From Elusimicrobiota bacterium (lineage in GTDB: Bacteria; Elusimicrobiota; Elusimicrobia; UBA1565; JACRDR01): a stretch of 38,972 nt of DNA. Location of the stretch: positions 1 to 38,972 of the forward strand of contig JBGFSC010000043.1 in the NCBI GenBank assembly GCA_041694815.1. Direction: 5' to 3'. Each line of letters opens with the position of its first letter. Position 1 is the stretch's first letter. The position numbers and the translations under genes are program-made. This document shows, piece after piece, positions 9,557 through 18,313 of the stretch. The notes under the pieces are model-generated. The model was given only the letters and a program-made list of their open reading frames with translations. It did no database searches and was not told where the DNA came from.

Positions 9557-10038
9557 GGCGGATACCCTTCCCGGCCCTCTGCTTTTTTACCGCCTCTCTT
9601 GCGTTTTCCGCGGACATTCCCGTGCAAAGGCATTGGGCCCTATTGCGCCTGGGCGAGAGTCTCCAATCAGTCCAGTCCCACTACCCGCCGCTTAAAAAAT
9701 GGCCTACCGTCATGGAACCAAACGGGGGGCTTGTTCGTATAGAAGTAGAGGGCGGCGCGGCCAAGGGCCTGCCTCCGGAGATCGAATCGTTCCGTTTGGG
9801 ATTTAAGAAAGGGAGGGTCGCGATGATCCAGGTCGTGTTCACCCAGGCACAGTCGCGCAAAAAGCCGCTGGAGACGCTTGTTAGGGAATTTTCCTTGCGT
9901 TATGGAGAGCCGAGCCGCCGCGGGCTGTCCTATTCATGGCGCGACGAGCGGACCGCACTCCGGGTATTCAACGATGAGTTCCCGAGCCGCGGCGCCGTCG
10001 AGCTTCGCACCAGCGTCGAGATACTCGACCGCCGCTGA
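9553..10038 (+). CDS. secreted hypothetical protein
   Basis: TTGA overlap with upstream stop; signal-peptide-like N-terminus. Confidence 0.7.
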   Translation: MRRIPFPALCFFTASLAFSADIPVQRHWALLRLGESLQSVQSHYPPLKKWPTVMEPNGGLVRIEVEGGAAKGLPPEIESFRLGFKKGRVAMIQVVFTQAQSRKKPLETLVREFSLRYGEPSRRGLSYSWRDERTALRVFNDEFPSRGAVELRTSVEILDRR

Positions 10039-10107
10039 GGGCCGTCCAAAGTTTGGTACAATAGCGAAAATTGCCGCCGGAACCAGGTTCCGGGGAGGAG
10101 AACTCGA

Positions 10108-11184
10108 ATGCCCACGCCGCCGCAAGACCAAAAATTCAAAGCCTTGGAGCTCGCGTTGTCCCAGATCGAGAAGGCCTACGGCCGGGAAGCGATCATGAAG
10201 CTGGGAGAGAAGTCCGCCAAGATCGAAGTGGACGTGATCCCTACGGGAAGCCTTTCCCTGGACCTGGCCATCGGCGTGGGCGGCGTGCCGCGCGGGCGCG
10301 TCGTCGAGATATATGGCCCCGAGTCCTCGGGCAAGACGACGCTCGCCCTGCACATTGTCTCCAATGCGCAGAAGGCCGGCGGGCTGGCCGCTTACATCGA
10401 CGCCGAGCACGCCATGGATCCGAACTATGCCAAGAAATTGGGCGTGGATACGGATAATCTCCTGATTTCGCAGCCCGATTCCGGCGAGCAGGCCTTGGAG
10501 ATCGCCGAGAAGCTCGTGCGCTCCGGCGCTGTGGACGTCATCGTCATCGATTCGGTCGCGGCCCTGGTCCCGCAGGCCGAGATCGAGGGGGAGATGGGCG
10601 ATTCGCATATGGGGCTCCAGGCTCGACTCATGAGCCAGGCCCTGCGCAAGCTCACCTCCACCATCGCCCGCACCAAGACCACGCTCATCTTCATCAATCA
10701 GATCCGGCACAAGATCGGGGTCATGTTCGGCAATCCCGAGACGACGACCGGCGGGCTGGCCCTTAAGTTCTACTCCTCCTTGCGCATGGACATACGCCGC
10801 ATCGAGAACATCAAGCAGGGCGAGGTGGTGGTGGGCGCTCGCGTGCGGGTCAAGATCGTCAAGAACAAGGTGGCGCCGCCCTACCGCAGCGCCGAGTTCG
10901 AGATGATACACGGCTTCGGCGTGTCCCGCGAGGGCTGCCTCATCGACCTGGGCGTCGAGGCCAATTTCGTGGAGAAGTCCGGCTCCTGGTTCCTCTACAA
11001 GGGCGAGCGGCTCGGGCAGGGGCGCGAGAACGCGAAGGATTTCTTAAAGAACAACGCGGTCTTGGCCGAGGACTTGGAGAAGGCCCTGAAGGCCAAGTAC
11101 CTGACCGTTCCGGCCGCCGCGGCCAAGCCCGAGGCGCAGCCGGCCAAACCGGCGAAGGTACCGGAAAAGACGGCCTCGAAATAG
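10108..11184 (+). CDS. recA: recombinase A
   Basis: [44 protein letters not shown]. Confidence 0.99.
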   Translation: MPTPPQDQKFKALELALSQIEKAYGREAIMKLGEKSAKIEVDVIPTGSLSLDLAIGVGGVPRGRVVEIYGPESSGKTTLALHIVSNAQKAGGLAAYIDAEHAMDPNYAKKLGVDTDNLLISQPDSGEQALEIAEKLVRSGAVDVIVIDSVAALVPQAEIEGEMGDSHMGLQARLMSQALRKLTSTIARTKTTLIFINQIRHKIGVMFGNPETTTGGLALKFYSSLRMDIRRIENIKQGEVVVGARVRVKIVKNKVAPPYRSAEFEMIHGFGVSREGCLIDLGVEANFVEKSGSWFLYKGERLGQGRENAKDFLKNNAVLAEDLEKALKAKYLTVPAAAAKPEAQPAKPAKVPEKTASK

Positions 11185-11196
11185 GAGGGGCGGGCT

Positions 11197-12072
11197 ACGC
11201 CCGATTGGCTGGCCGAATACGCCAAGCATCTTACGCTTGAGCTGGGCCTTTCGGCCAACAGCCGCAGCGCCTATCTCTCCGATCTGAAGGCCTTTCTGGC
11301 TCATTTGGGTCCCAAGGACCCACTCCGAGTCTCGTCCGACGTCTTGGAGTCCTATCTTTGGGGCTTGAAGTCGAAAGGACTCAAACCCTCGTCCCTCTAC
11401 CGGAAGATGGAGGCTCTCAAGTCCTTCTACCGCTTCCAGCTCGCCGAGGAAAGAATGCGGGAGGACCCCACGCGGCTTCTCAAGTCGCCGAGGCTGGGAG
11501 AACGCCTTCCCAAGGTTCTCGGCGTGGCGGAGGCAGCCGCCCTGCTGCGCCCCGTCTCCGACACCTACGAGGGCGTCCGGACTCTGGCGGCCGTGGAGAT
11601 GCTATACGCCACTGGGATGCGCGCCTCCGAGCTGCTGGGACTTAAGCCCGAATACGTCAATCTGGAGGAGGGATGGGCGCGGGTTTTCGGCAAGGGCTCC
11701 AAGGAGCGGATGGTGCCGATACACGCGCGGGCCCTGGCGGCCCTGCGCCGTTACCTGCTCGCGCGCCGTCGCCGCTTCGAAGGCAAGGCCGTCGACGCGG
11801 AGATATTCCTGACCCGGCGGGGGCGCCGACTCTCCCGCGTGCAGTTGTGGAAGGACCTGCGCGGCCTGGGCCGCAAGGCGGGGTTGGGCAAGGGTGTGCA
11901 CCCCCACCTGCTCAGGCACAGCTTCGCGACGCATCTGTTGGGCGGGGGGGCGGACCTGCGCTCCCTACAGGAGATGCTCGGACATTCCGACCTCTCGACG
12001 ACGCAGATATATACCCATCTGGAGAAGCCGGCCTTGAAGGCCGCCCATCGCCGGCATCACCCTCGTGGATAA
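11197..12072 (+). CDS. xerD: site-specific tyrosine recombinase XerD (start probably non-canonical ACG at 11197)
   Basis: ATGMRASE, GKGSKER, HLLRHSFATH, LGH, TQIYT; XerD-like N-terminal helices (WLAEYAKHL..ELGLSANSRSAYLSDL) lie upstream of the ORF-track TTG 11305. Confidence 0.88.
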   Translation, partial: TPDWLAEYAKHLTLELGLSANSRSAYLSDLKAFLAHLGPKDPLRVSSDVLESYLWGLKSKGLKPSSLYRKMEALKSFYRFQLAEERMREDPTRLLKSPRLGERLPKVLGVAEAAALLRPVSDTYEGVRTLAAVEMLYATGMRASELLGLKPEYVNLEEGWARVFGKGSKERMVPIHARALAALRRYLLARRRRFEGKAVDAEIFLTRRGRRLSRVQLWKDLRGLGRKAGLGKGVHPHLLRHSFATHLLGGGADLRSLQEMLGHSDLSTTQIYTHLEKPALKAAHRRHHPRG

Positions 12073-12649
12073 ATTATTGACGCTGTTTTTGATTGTCGCC
12101 GTCCCGGCGGCTGCGGCGGTGCTCTCCAGCAGCTCGACGGTGAACATGGTCCGGTACTTTTTGAAGACCCCGACCGGAGAATTGCCGCCGGACGCCATCC
12201 CCGATTTCTTGGACGTAGACCCATCGCGCCTGCCGGCCAAGTTGCGCGAGCCCTACGACGCCAAGAGGCGGGAGCTCCTGGCCCTCAAAAATATATCCGA
12301 CGGCAAGAGCAAGCCGTACCTGCGCCTCTCCGACGAGGAGCCGAAAAGGGACTGCCCGGGCCCCCAGCGCATGAAGAACCCGGAACTGCTGCTGCAAGCA
12401 GGCTTCATCGAGATACAGGAGCACGAGGAAAAGCGTGTCATGGTGGATACACGCTGCACGGAATGCGAGCTCCAATCGGAATTTACGCTCAACATCGTCG
12501 AGACCGCTCCCAAAAAGGGAAGGCCGCCGGAGCTGCGGTATTTTATTCAGTCCAATGACCCGCTGGCGGTGCTCGTCGGCGGTTATCGCTCGGGCGTCGC
12601 GCCGAGCTCGAGCCCTTTCGGCATCGGCGGCAGCCCCAAGTGTCGTTGA
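12065..12649 (+). CDS. secreted hypothetical protein with Cys residues (CTEC)
   Basis: GTG overlapping xerD end; hydrophobic signal peptide. Confidence 0.75.
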   Translation: MDKLLTLFLIVAVPAAAAVLSSSSTVNMVRYFLKTPTGELPPDAIPDFLDVDPSRLPAKLREPYDAKRRELLALKNISDGKSKPYLRLSDEEPKRDCPGPQRMKNPELLLQAGFIEIQEHEEKRVMVDTRCTECELQSEFTLNIVETAPKKGRPPELRYFIQSNDPLAVLVGGYRSGVAPSSSPFGIGGSPKCR

Positions 12650-12662
12650 ATTCCTAGCCCTG

Positions 12663-12691
12663 CTTTAAGGACGCGATTTGTTGCCTTAAAG
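12663..12691. terminator. inverted repeat, possible terminator
   Basis: CTTTAAGG-13 nt-CCTTAAAG just after the stop of the recA-xerD-hyp unit; no clear U-tract. Confidence 0.3.
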
Positions 12692-12714
12692 AATCCCGCT
12701 TGCGGCACGCAACC

Positions 12715-12805
12715 TAGGTCCTAGGGCCCGCGAGCCCTGGGCCGAATGTTTTAATGGCGGTTAGGACCTTCGCCTCTCGCTGATCATTGCTAAGTCAGGT
12801 ACAAT
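12715..12805 (+). promoter_or_regulatory. triple dyad-box array plus -10 element
   Basis: TAGGTC-CTAG-GGCCCG (12715), TGGGCC-GAAT-GTTTTA (12738), TAGGAC-CTTC-GCCTCT (12762), then 22 nt, TACAAT (12800). Confidence 0.55.
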
Positions 12806-12831
12806 CAGCCGCAGCGTCTTCAGGAGGTGAC

Positions 12832-13530
12832 ATGAAATATTTTGTATTGGCTTTACTGACCTTGCCGGGCTTCGCATCCCGTACCGTTGCCGAGGATATA
12901 CCCGGCCAAGGGCAGGAGGCCGTGAAGAAGGCCATCTCTTTGGGACTCAAGATGGAAATCAAAGCGAAGTTCGAGAAGATCAAGGCGAGCTCCTTCGTTG
13001 GCATTTCCTGGGGGTCGTCGCTTCCGGCGGAAGTGAAATACTCGGAGGCCGTGCCCGTCAGGCTGTATGAAAAGACGAACTGCCGGGGCTGCGTGTCCTA
13101 TTGGGCCCTCGTCTATTCCAACGGCGATAAGGGCGCTTACTTCATTATCCAAAGAATCGGCGGCCAGGACGGCAGAAATTATTCCCAGCCGATTCGTGTA
13201 AAGGGCCCCTGGATGCCGATCGTCCCCGAGAACGCCTCGGAACGCGCCCCGTTGGAAACCCGTACCGGGAAGGTCGTCGAGTCAGGGATCACGATCCCAC
13301 CCGTTCTGTATCTGAAAGTCAAGACAGGAGAAGGCTACTTGCTGGAAGGGAACGCATCACCGGATCTTGCCGGGCTCTACGTCACCTGCCGCGGCGCAAT
13401 CGAAATGCTGCAGGATGCTCCCGCTCGCTTTATCGCGGAGGAATGCAAGCTCTATTCCGGAATTTTGAAGGACTCTTCCGGCAAGGGAATTGTCATTAGC
13501 AAAGGAAAGATCGTCGACCGCCAAGGCTAG
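12832..13530 (+). CDS. secreted hypothetical protein
   Basis: AGGAGGT RBS, ATG 12832, signal peptide MKYFVLALLTLPGFA; visibly more AT-rich than neighbours. Confidence 0.75.
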   Translation: MKYFVLALLTLPGFASRTVAEDIPGQGQEAVKKAISLGLKMEIKAKFEKIKASSFVGISWGSSLPAEVKYSEAVPVRLYEKTNCRGCVSYWALVYSNGDKGAYFIIQRIGGQDGRNYSQPIRVKGPWMPIVPENASERAPLETRTGKVVESGITIPPVLYLKVKTGEGYLLEGNASPDLAGLYVTCRGAIEMLQDAPARFIAEECKLYSGILKDSSGKGIVISKGKIVDRQG

Positions 13531-13543
13531 CGGTGGCAGGGAC

Positions 13544-14884
13544 TTAAGCCCGCTCGACGACCAGCGCGCCGCCCATCCCGCCGCCGGCGCAGGCCGCGGT
13601 CATGCCGTAGCGGCCGCCGCTGTCGCGCAGGGCGTAGATTACGTTGAGCAGCAGCCGGATGCCGGTGGCTCCCAGCGGGTGGCCGAGGGAGATCGAGCCG
13701 CCGTTGGGGTTCATCTTCTTGGACTTGAACATCCCTTCCCAGTCGTGGCCAAAGCGCTCCTTTCCGACCTTGAAGATCGATAGCACGGTCGCGGCGAAGG
13801 GCTCGTGTAATTCGATCTGGTCCAAATCCTTGAACTGGATGCCGGCGTGCTTGAGCGCGACCGGGGCGGCCAGGGCCGGGGAGAATCCCATCTGCACCGG
13901 GTCGTTTCCGAAATAGCCCCAGCCCTTTAGCTCGGCTAGTATCTCCAGGCCTAGTTCCTTGGCCTTGGCTTCGGTCGTGACGATGATGGCCGAGGCGCCG
14001 TCGGAGCGGCCGCAGGAGTTGAAAAGCGTCACCGAGCCCTTGCTCTTGCCCTCCTCGTAGCTCTTGCCGTGGATATGCTGGCCGAAGTCGCGGTAGAAGT
14101 CCTTGATCGAGTAAACCGAATTGTCGAAAAGGGCCGGGGCCTTCGAGAGCATCTGGGGCTTTTCGACGATGTCCTCGCGCAGGAAGGGATATTCGTCCTT
14201 CTCCAATAGCGTCGCGCCGTTGTGCTTGAGCGGCGCGACATGCGAATTGTAGAAGCCCCGGTTCCAGGCCGCGATGACGCGGCAGAAGCTCTCGTGGGCA
14301 TAGGCGTCCTGCATCTCGCGGTTGATCCCGTACATCTGCGCGAGCACCTCCGCGGTGCCGGCCATGTTGATCTTCTTGACCGGGTCGGTCAGATCGATGG
14401 CGTCGAGCACGGCCACCTCGGAGTCCTGTAGGAGGCTACCCCACTTGGCCTTGAGCGTCTCCATCGAGCGCAGGGCCTTGGCCGAACGCGGCCCGTCGAT
14501 GACGTAGGGCAGTCGCGTCATGGACTCGGCGCCGCCGGCGATGTAGAGGTCCCCCTCCCCGGCCATGATAAAGCGGGCGGCGGAGGAGACGGATTCGAAA
14601 GAGGAGATGCAGTTGTTCTGCACCGTCACGGCCTGCGCCTTCTCGGGCAGTCCCGCCAGTAGCACCACGCAGCGTGCGAGATTCGGGGAATTGATGGTCT
14701 GGCCGACCCAGCCGCAAATCAAGCCGTTGACGTGTTCCTTGGAGATGTTCGCTTTCTCGATGCAGGCGTTGACCGCGTGGGTCATGAGGTCGTGGGCGTA
14801 GAGCCCCGAAAGCGAGCGGGAGAGATGGCCGATCGGGGTGCGCGCACCGGCGCAAAGGACGATTTTAACGCTGCGAGCTTGCAT
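13544..14884 (-). CDS. thiolase family protein (HExF type)
   Basis: NNCISS active Cys, LHEPFA, GHPLGATG, ACAGGG; RBS AAGGAGG. Confidence 0.92.
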   Translation of the reverse strand: MQARSVKIVLCAGARTPIGHLSRSLSGLYAHDLMTHAVNACIEKANISKEHVNGLICGWVGQTINSPNLARCVVLLAGLPEKAQAVTVQNNCISSFESVSSAARFIMAGEGDLYIAGGAESMTRLPYVIDGPRSAKALRSMETLKAKWGSLLQDSEVAVLDAIDLTDPVKKINMAGTAEVLAQMYGINREMQDAYAHESFCRVIAAWNRGFYNSHVAPLKHNGATLLEKDEYPFLREDIVEKPQMLSKAPALFDNSVYSIKDFYRDFGQHIHGKSYEEGKSKGSVTLFNSCGRSDGASAIIVTTEAKAKELGLEILAELKGWGYFGNDPVQMGFSPALAAPVALKHAGIQFKDLDQIELHEPFAATVLSIFKVGKERFGHDWEGMFKSKKMNPNGGSISLGHPLGATGIRLLLNVIYALRDSGGRYGMTAACAGGGMGGALVVERA

Positions 14885-14966
14885 GGGAGCTCCTCCTTGA
14901 AAAAGGGGACTGCATCCCTAGTCTACTATATTTTTGGCCCGGGCTTATAAGTTAAAATGCGCGTCG

Positions 14967-16295
14967 ATGGAGCTGCTCTTCGTCGGAAGCCACCTGGGCT
15001 ACCCCATGGACCGGACCCCTCTCGGGGGAGGCGCCATGGTGGGCCTGCAGCTGGCCCGGCATTGGGCCAGCCTGGGCGAGCCGCGCATGACGGCGTTGGG
15101 CTCCGGCCCTGTGCCCCCCGGGCCCGGCATCCGCTACGAGCGCATCCCGGGGCCGCCGGCCGACATTGTCGGCCTTTCCGAGCTCGGCTACGCCCGGTTC
15201 TGCCGGCGCTTCGAGGCCGCCTCGACCGAATGGCTGCGCCGCAGGGCCCCCGCTCCCGGCGCCTGCGTCGTCGTCAACGACATCTCGGAGGCGCCGGACT
15301 TAGAGGCCGTCGCGGCCATGGGGTACCCCGTCCTTTCGATCTGGCACGTCGACGTGGTCGATTTCTTCTGCAAGTTCTACTTCCGCGGCCGCTTCGACCC
15401 GCGGAGCCTGACCGGAGCTTTCGAAAGGGCGCGCGCTTGGGGCCTGGACCGGGCGGTGCCGGACGTGTTGCGGCTCGTCTTCGACAAGCAACGCCGCTGC
15501 GTGGCCCATTCGCGAAAGATGATCGTCCCCTCCAAGGCCATGGCGGAGCGCATCCTCCATTGCTACGGGGGCCTGCTGGCCTCGCGGCGGGAGCTTGAGT
15601 CGCGCATCGAGGTGCTTCCCTGGGGAAGCTGGAGCGAAGGGCAGGACGAACACGAGCTCGAGCTCCAAGCGCGGCGCTTGCGCGCCCATTACCAGATCGG
15701 GCCCGACACCCGAGTGCTCATGACGCTCAGCCGGCTTTCTCCCGAGAAGGGTATCGAACGTTTGCTGGGCGCGCTCGAAGTATTGGAGAGCTCCGGCCGG
15801 CCGGGTCTTAAGGACATATGCCTGCTCATCTGCGGAGAGCCGGCCTTCATGCAGGGCCGCGCCTACGACCGAAAGCTGAGGGCCCGGGCCGCTCGGCTCC
15901 GTTCGACCCGCGTATTTTTTCCCGGCTATCTCGACGGCTCCCGTAAGCAGGCCTACCTGAGGCTCGCGGACCTCTTCATCTCGCCTTCGATCCACGAAAG
16001 CTACGGCCTGACCGTCGTCGAAGCCCTTCGAGCGGGGGTCGCCGTGCTCGCCAACGGGCATTACGGCGCGCGCGAGCTAATCGAGCCGGATTTCGGCCGC
16101 ATCGTCGATATGTCGTCGCGGGAAGGATCGAGGCTGTTGGCCGAAGAACTCCGTAGGCTCCTCGTCGAGCCCGAGACGTTGCTGCGCATGGGCCTTCGGG
16201 CGCGCGAGGCCGCGGCGGGCATGGATTTCGGCGCCGTGGCCTCGCGCATCGCCGAGATGGCCCGGGGCTGCGCGGCGGAGGGCGTCATCGCGTGA
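14967..16295 (+). CDS. glycosyltransferase family 4 (GT-B)
   Basis: GGGA N-terminal loop, SRLSPEKG, ESYGLTVVEA (EX7E). Confidence 0.88.
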   Translation: MELLFVGSHLGYPMDRTPLGGGAMVGLQLARHWASLGEPRMTALGSGPVPPGPGIRYERIPGPPADIVGLSELGYARFCRRFEAASTEWLRRRAPAPGACVVVNDISEAPDLEAVAAMGYPVLSIWHVDVVDFFCKFYFRGRFDPRSLTGAFERARAWGLDRAVPDVLRLVFDKQRRCVAHSRKMIVPSKAMAERILHCYGGLLASRRELESRIEVLPWGSWSEGQDEHELELQARRLRAHYQIGPDTRVLMTLSRLSPEKGIERLLGALEVLESSGRPGLKDICLLICGEPAFMQGRAYDRKLRARAARLRSTRVFFPGYLDGSRKQAYLRLADLFISPSIHESYGLTVVEALRAGVAVLANGHYGARELIEPDFGRIVDMSSREGSRLLAEELRRLLVEPETLLRMGLRAREAAAGMDFGAVASRIAEMARGCAAEGVIA

Positions 16296-16705
16296 GGGCC
16301 GGCCTGCGGCTGGGCTTGGTCGTCGACCATCGGGCGGTGGTCAAGCCGTGGATGAAGCCGCACTTAGAAGGGCTGGTCCGGCATCCCCTGTATTCGACGT
16401 GGGCGATGGTCTACCACATGGAGGTCGCCTCGCGCAAGCTCCTGGCCCCATTTCTGTCTACGGACGAGGAGGCCGTGGGGGCCGGCGTGCTCGTCAAGCA
16501 CCTGCGGCCTACCGCTATCGGCTCGATCATCCATGTCGTCTGCACCCTAGTCCGCATCAAGGGCAACCGCATCTACACGCGTCTGGAGGTGTTCACCAAG
16601 AATCGCAAGATTGGGGAGGGCTCCCACCTCCAGGTGGTCATGCCTCGAAGCCGCTTCGCGGCCCTGCTGCAGGAGGCGCGCGGGCGCCGAGGGGAAAACA
16701 ATTGA
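16292..16705 (+). CDS. FlK-like hot-dog thioesterase
   Basis: YSTWAMVYHME (Thr/Glu), V.VKHL.PT (His), IGEG.H. Confidence 0.8.
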   Translation: MRAGLRLGLVVDHRAVVKPWMKPHLEGLVRHPLYSTWAMVYHMEVASRKLLAPFLSTDEEAVGAGVLVKHLRPTAIGSIIHVVCTLVRIKGNRIYTRLEVFTKNRKIGEGSHLQVVMPRSRFAALLQEARGRRGENN

Positions 16706-17256
16706 ACCTCCCCGCGGCCAGAGGCCGCAAGATCCTGCTAAGGCCCCTGGATTCCAGAGACGCCGCGGCCCTCGCGGAGGCCGTTGCTTCCACGCGCGCG
16801 GTGCTTAAGCGTCGCTTCCGCTGGGCCAGGGGCGAGGGAGGAGGGGAGGAGGAGGCCGCAAGCTTCATTCGGGAGGCCGAGCGGGCTCGGGAGAGGGGAC
16901 TGGCCACGACCTGGGGAGCCTTCAGCCTCAAGAGGGAGAGGTTCTTGGGGGTGCTCCGCCTGGGGCCCATCGACGCCGACGCGTATAAGGCCGAGATATC
17001 CTTGTGGATACGCGCCGGCGAGCAGGATAAGGGCTACGCCGCCGACGCCGGACGACTGGCCCTGGAGCACGCCTTCCGGCGCATGGGGTTGCATCGTCTC
17101 TACGCCCGCATCGACCCCGCCAACCGTTCGGCCCGCAAGGTGCTCAAGAAGCTGGGTTTCCGCTACGAGGGCAGCCTGCGCGACGACAAGCGCCTCAACG
17201 CCCGCTGGCTGGACCAGGAATGCTGGGGGTTGCTGCGCGGCGAGTGGAAGAAATAA
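16702..17256 (+). CDS. GNAT RimJ/RimL-type acetyltransferase
   Basis: LLRPL, QDKGYA, GLHRL.A...P.N..A.KVLKKLGFRYEG; TTGA overlap gives start 16702. Confidence 0.88.
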   Translation: MNLPAARGRKILLRPLDSRDAAALAEAVASTRAVLKRRFRWARGEGGGEEEAASFIREAERARERGLATTWGAFSLKRERFLGVLRLGPIDADAYKAEISLWIRAGEQDKGYAADAGRLALEHAFRRMGLHRLYARIDPANRSARKVLKKLGFRYEGSLRDDKRLNARWLDQECWGLLRGEWKK

Positions 17257-17257
17257 T

Positions 17258-18313
17258 TTGGCCGATATAGGAGACATGGTGGGCGTTCTCGGCGCGGGAA
17301 CCATGGGTGCGGGGATCGCCCAGGCCCTGGCCCAAAACGGATATGGCGTGCTGCTCTTCGACCTTTCCGATGAGATACTTTCGGCGGCGGAGGAGCGCGT
17401 TCGGCGCGGTTTGGCGCGCGCGGAAAAACCGGAGGCGTTTTCCCTGCTGCGGAAAACGACGTCCTTGAGTCCCATCGCCAGCTGCGATGCGGTCATCGAG
17501 GCGGTCGTAGAGGACTTGGAGGTCAAGCGGGGCCTTCTGGCGCAGGTCGATCCCCTGCTCGGTCCCGAAAAGCTGTTGGCGACCAACACCTCCTCCTTGT
17601 CCGTTACCGAGCTGGCGCGCTCCACGGAGAACCCCGAGCGCGTCGTGGGCATGCATTTTTTCAACCCGGCCTCGGTCATGCGTTTGGTCGAGATTGTGCG
17701 CGGCAAGTACAGCTCCGAGAAATTCGTCGATACTGCCAAAAGCCTCGCCGAGTCCATCGGCAAGGTTCCCGTCATTTGCCGGGATACGCCTGGATTCGTC
17801 GCCAACCGGGTGGCGCGGCCATTTTACCTGACGGGAATGAGGCTGCTCGAGGAGGGGCACGGGACGCCGGACTCCATCGACGAGGCCGCGCGCTGGGGCG
17901 GCCTGCGCATGGGTCCTTTGGAGCTGGTCGATTTGATCGGCGTTGACGTCAACTGGAAGATCACCTGCACGATATACGAATCACTCGGGCGTCCCGAGAG
18001 GCTTAAGCCACGAGAGATACAAGGCAGGCTCGTGGAGCGTGGCTTCCGGGGCCGCAAGGGGGCGGGGGGATTTTACGTATACGGCGAAAATCCCGTCCAT
18101 ACCGTCAATCCGGCGCTCGAGGAGCTGTTGCCAGGAATGAAAAGGGATCCCTGGGCTCCGGAGCGCGTCTTCAACGCACTGCTCGAGGCGGTAATCGCCG
18201 AGGCCAGGATCGCGGTACGCGAGGGTGTGGCGAGCGAGGAGCACATCGACACGGCGATGCGCCTGGGGATGAATTGGCCCAAGGGCCCCTTGGAGTGGGA
18301 AAGAAAAAAATGA
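17258..18313 (+). CDS. 3-hydroxyacyl-CoA dehydrogenase (PaaH/Hbd-like, two C-terminal domains)
   Basis: GAGTMGAGIA, IEAVVE, ATNTSSL, GMHFFNP, PGFVANR, MGPLEL.DLIG; start could be 17258, 17276 or 17279. Confidence 0.92.
   Translation: MADIGDMVGVLGAGTMGAGIAQALAQNGYGVLLFDLSDEILSAAEERVRRGLARAEKPEAFSLLRKTTSLSPIASCDAVIEAVVEDLEVKRGLLAQVDPLLGPEKLLATNTSSLSVTELARSTENPERVVGMHFFNPASVMRLVEIVRGKYSSEKFVDTAKSLAESIGKVPVICRDTPGFVANRVARPFYLTGMRLLEEGHGTPDSIDEAARWGGLRMGPLELVDLIGVDVNWKITCTIYESLGRPERLKPREIQGRLVERGFRGRKGAGGFYVYGENPVHTVNPALEELLPGMKRDPWAPERVFNALLEAVIAEARIAVREGVASEEHIDTAMRLGMNWPKGPLEWERKK

Noticed and set aside
11182..11184. Genome-wide TAG reassignment
   Set aside because: atpH, atpD, atpB and others end in TAG at their expected C-termini, so TAG is a normal stop.
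11197..12072. Prophage or island integrase
   Set aside because: Size and motifs fit housekeeping XerD; no att repeats or phage genes nearby.
12663..12691. dif-like Xer site near xerD
   Set aside because: 13-nt spacer and no TTATGTTAAAT-like XerD arm.
14905..14920. Additional dyad-box copies (GGGGAC-TGCA-TCCCTA; also CAGGCA-AAAA-GACTAA at 32741)
   Set aside because: Single degenerate matches without the 23-bp phasing or 22-nt spacing to a -10; could be chance or simple hairpins.
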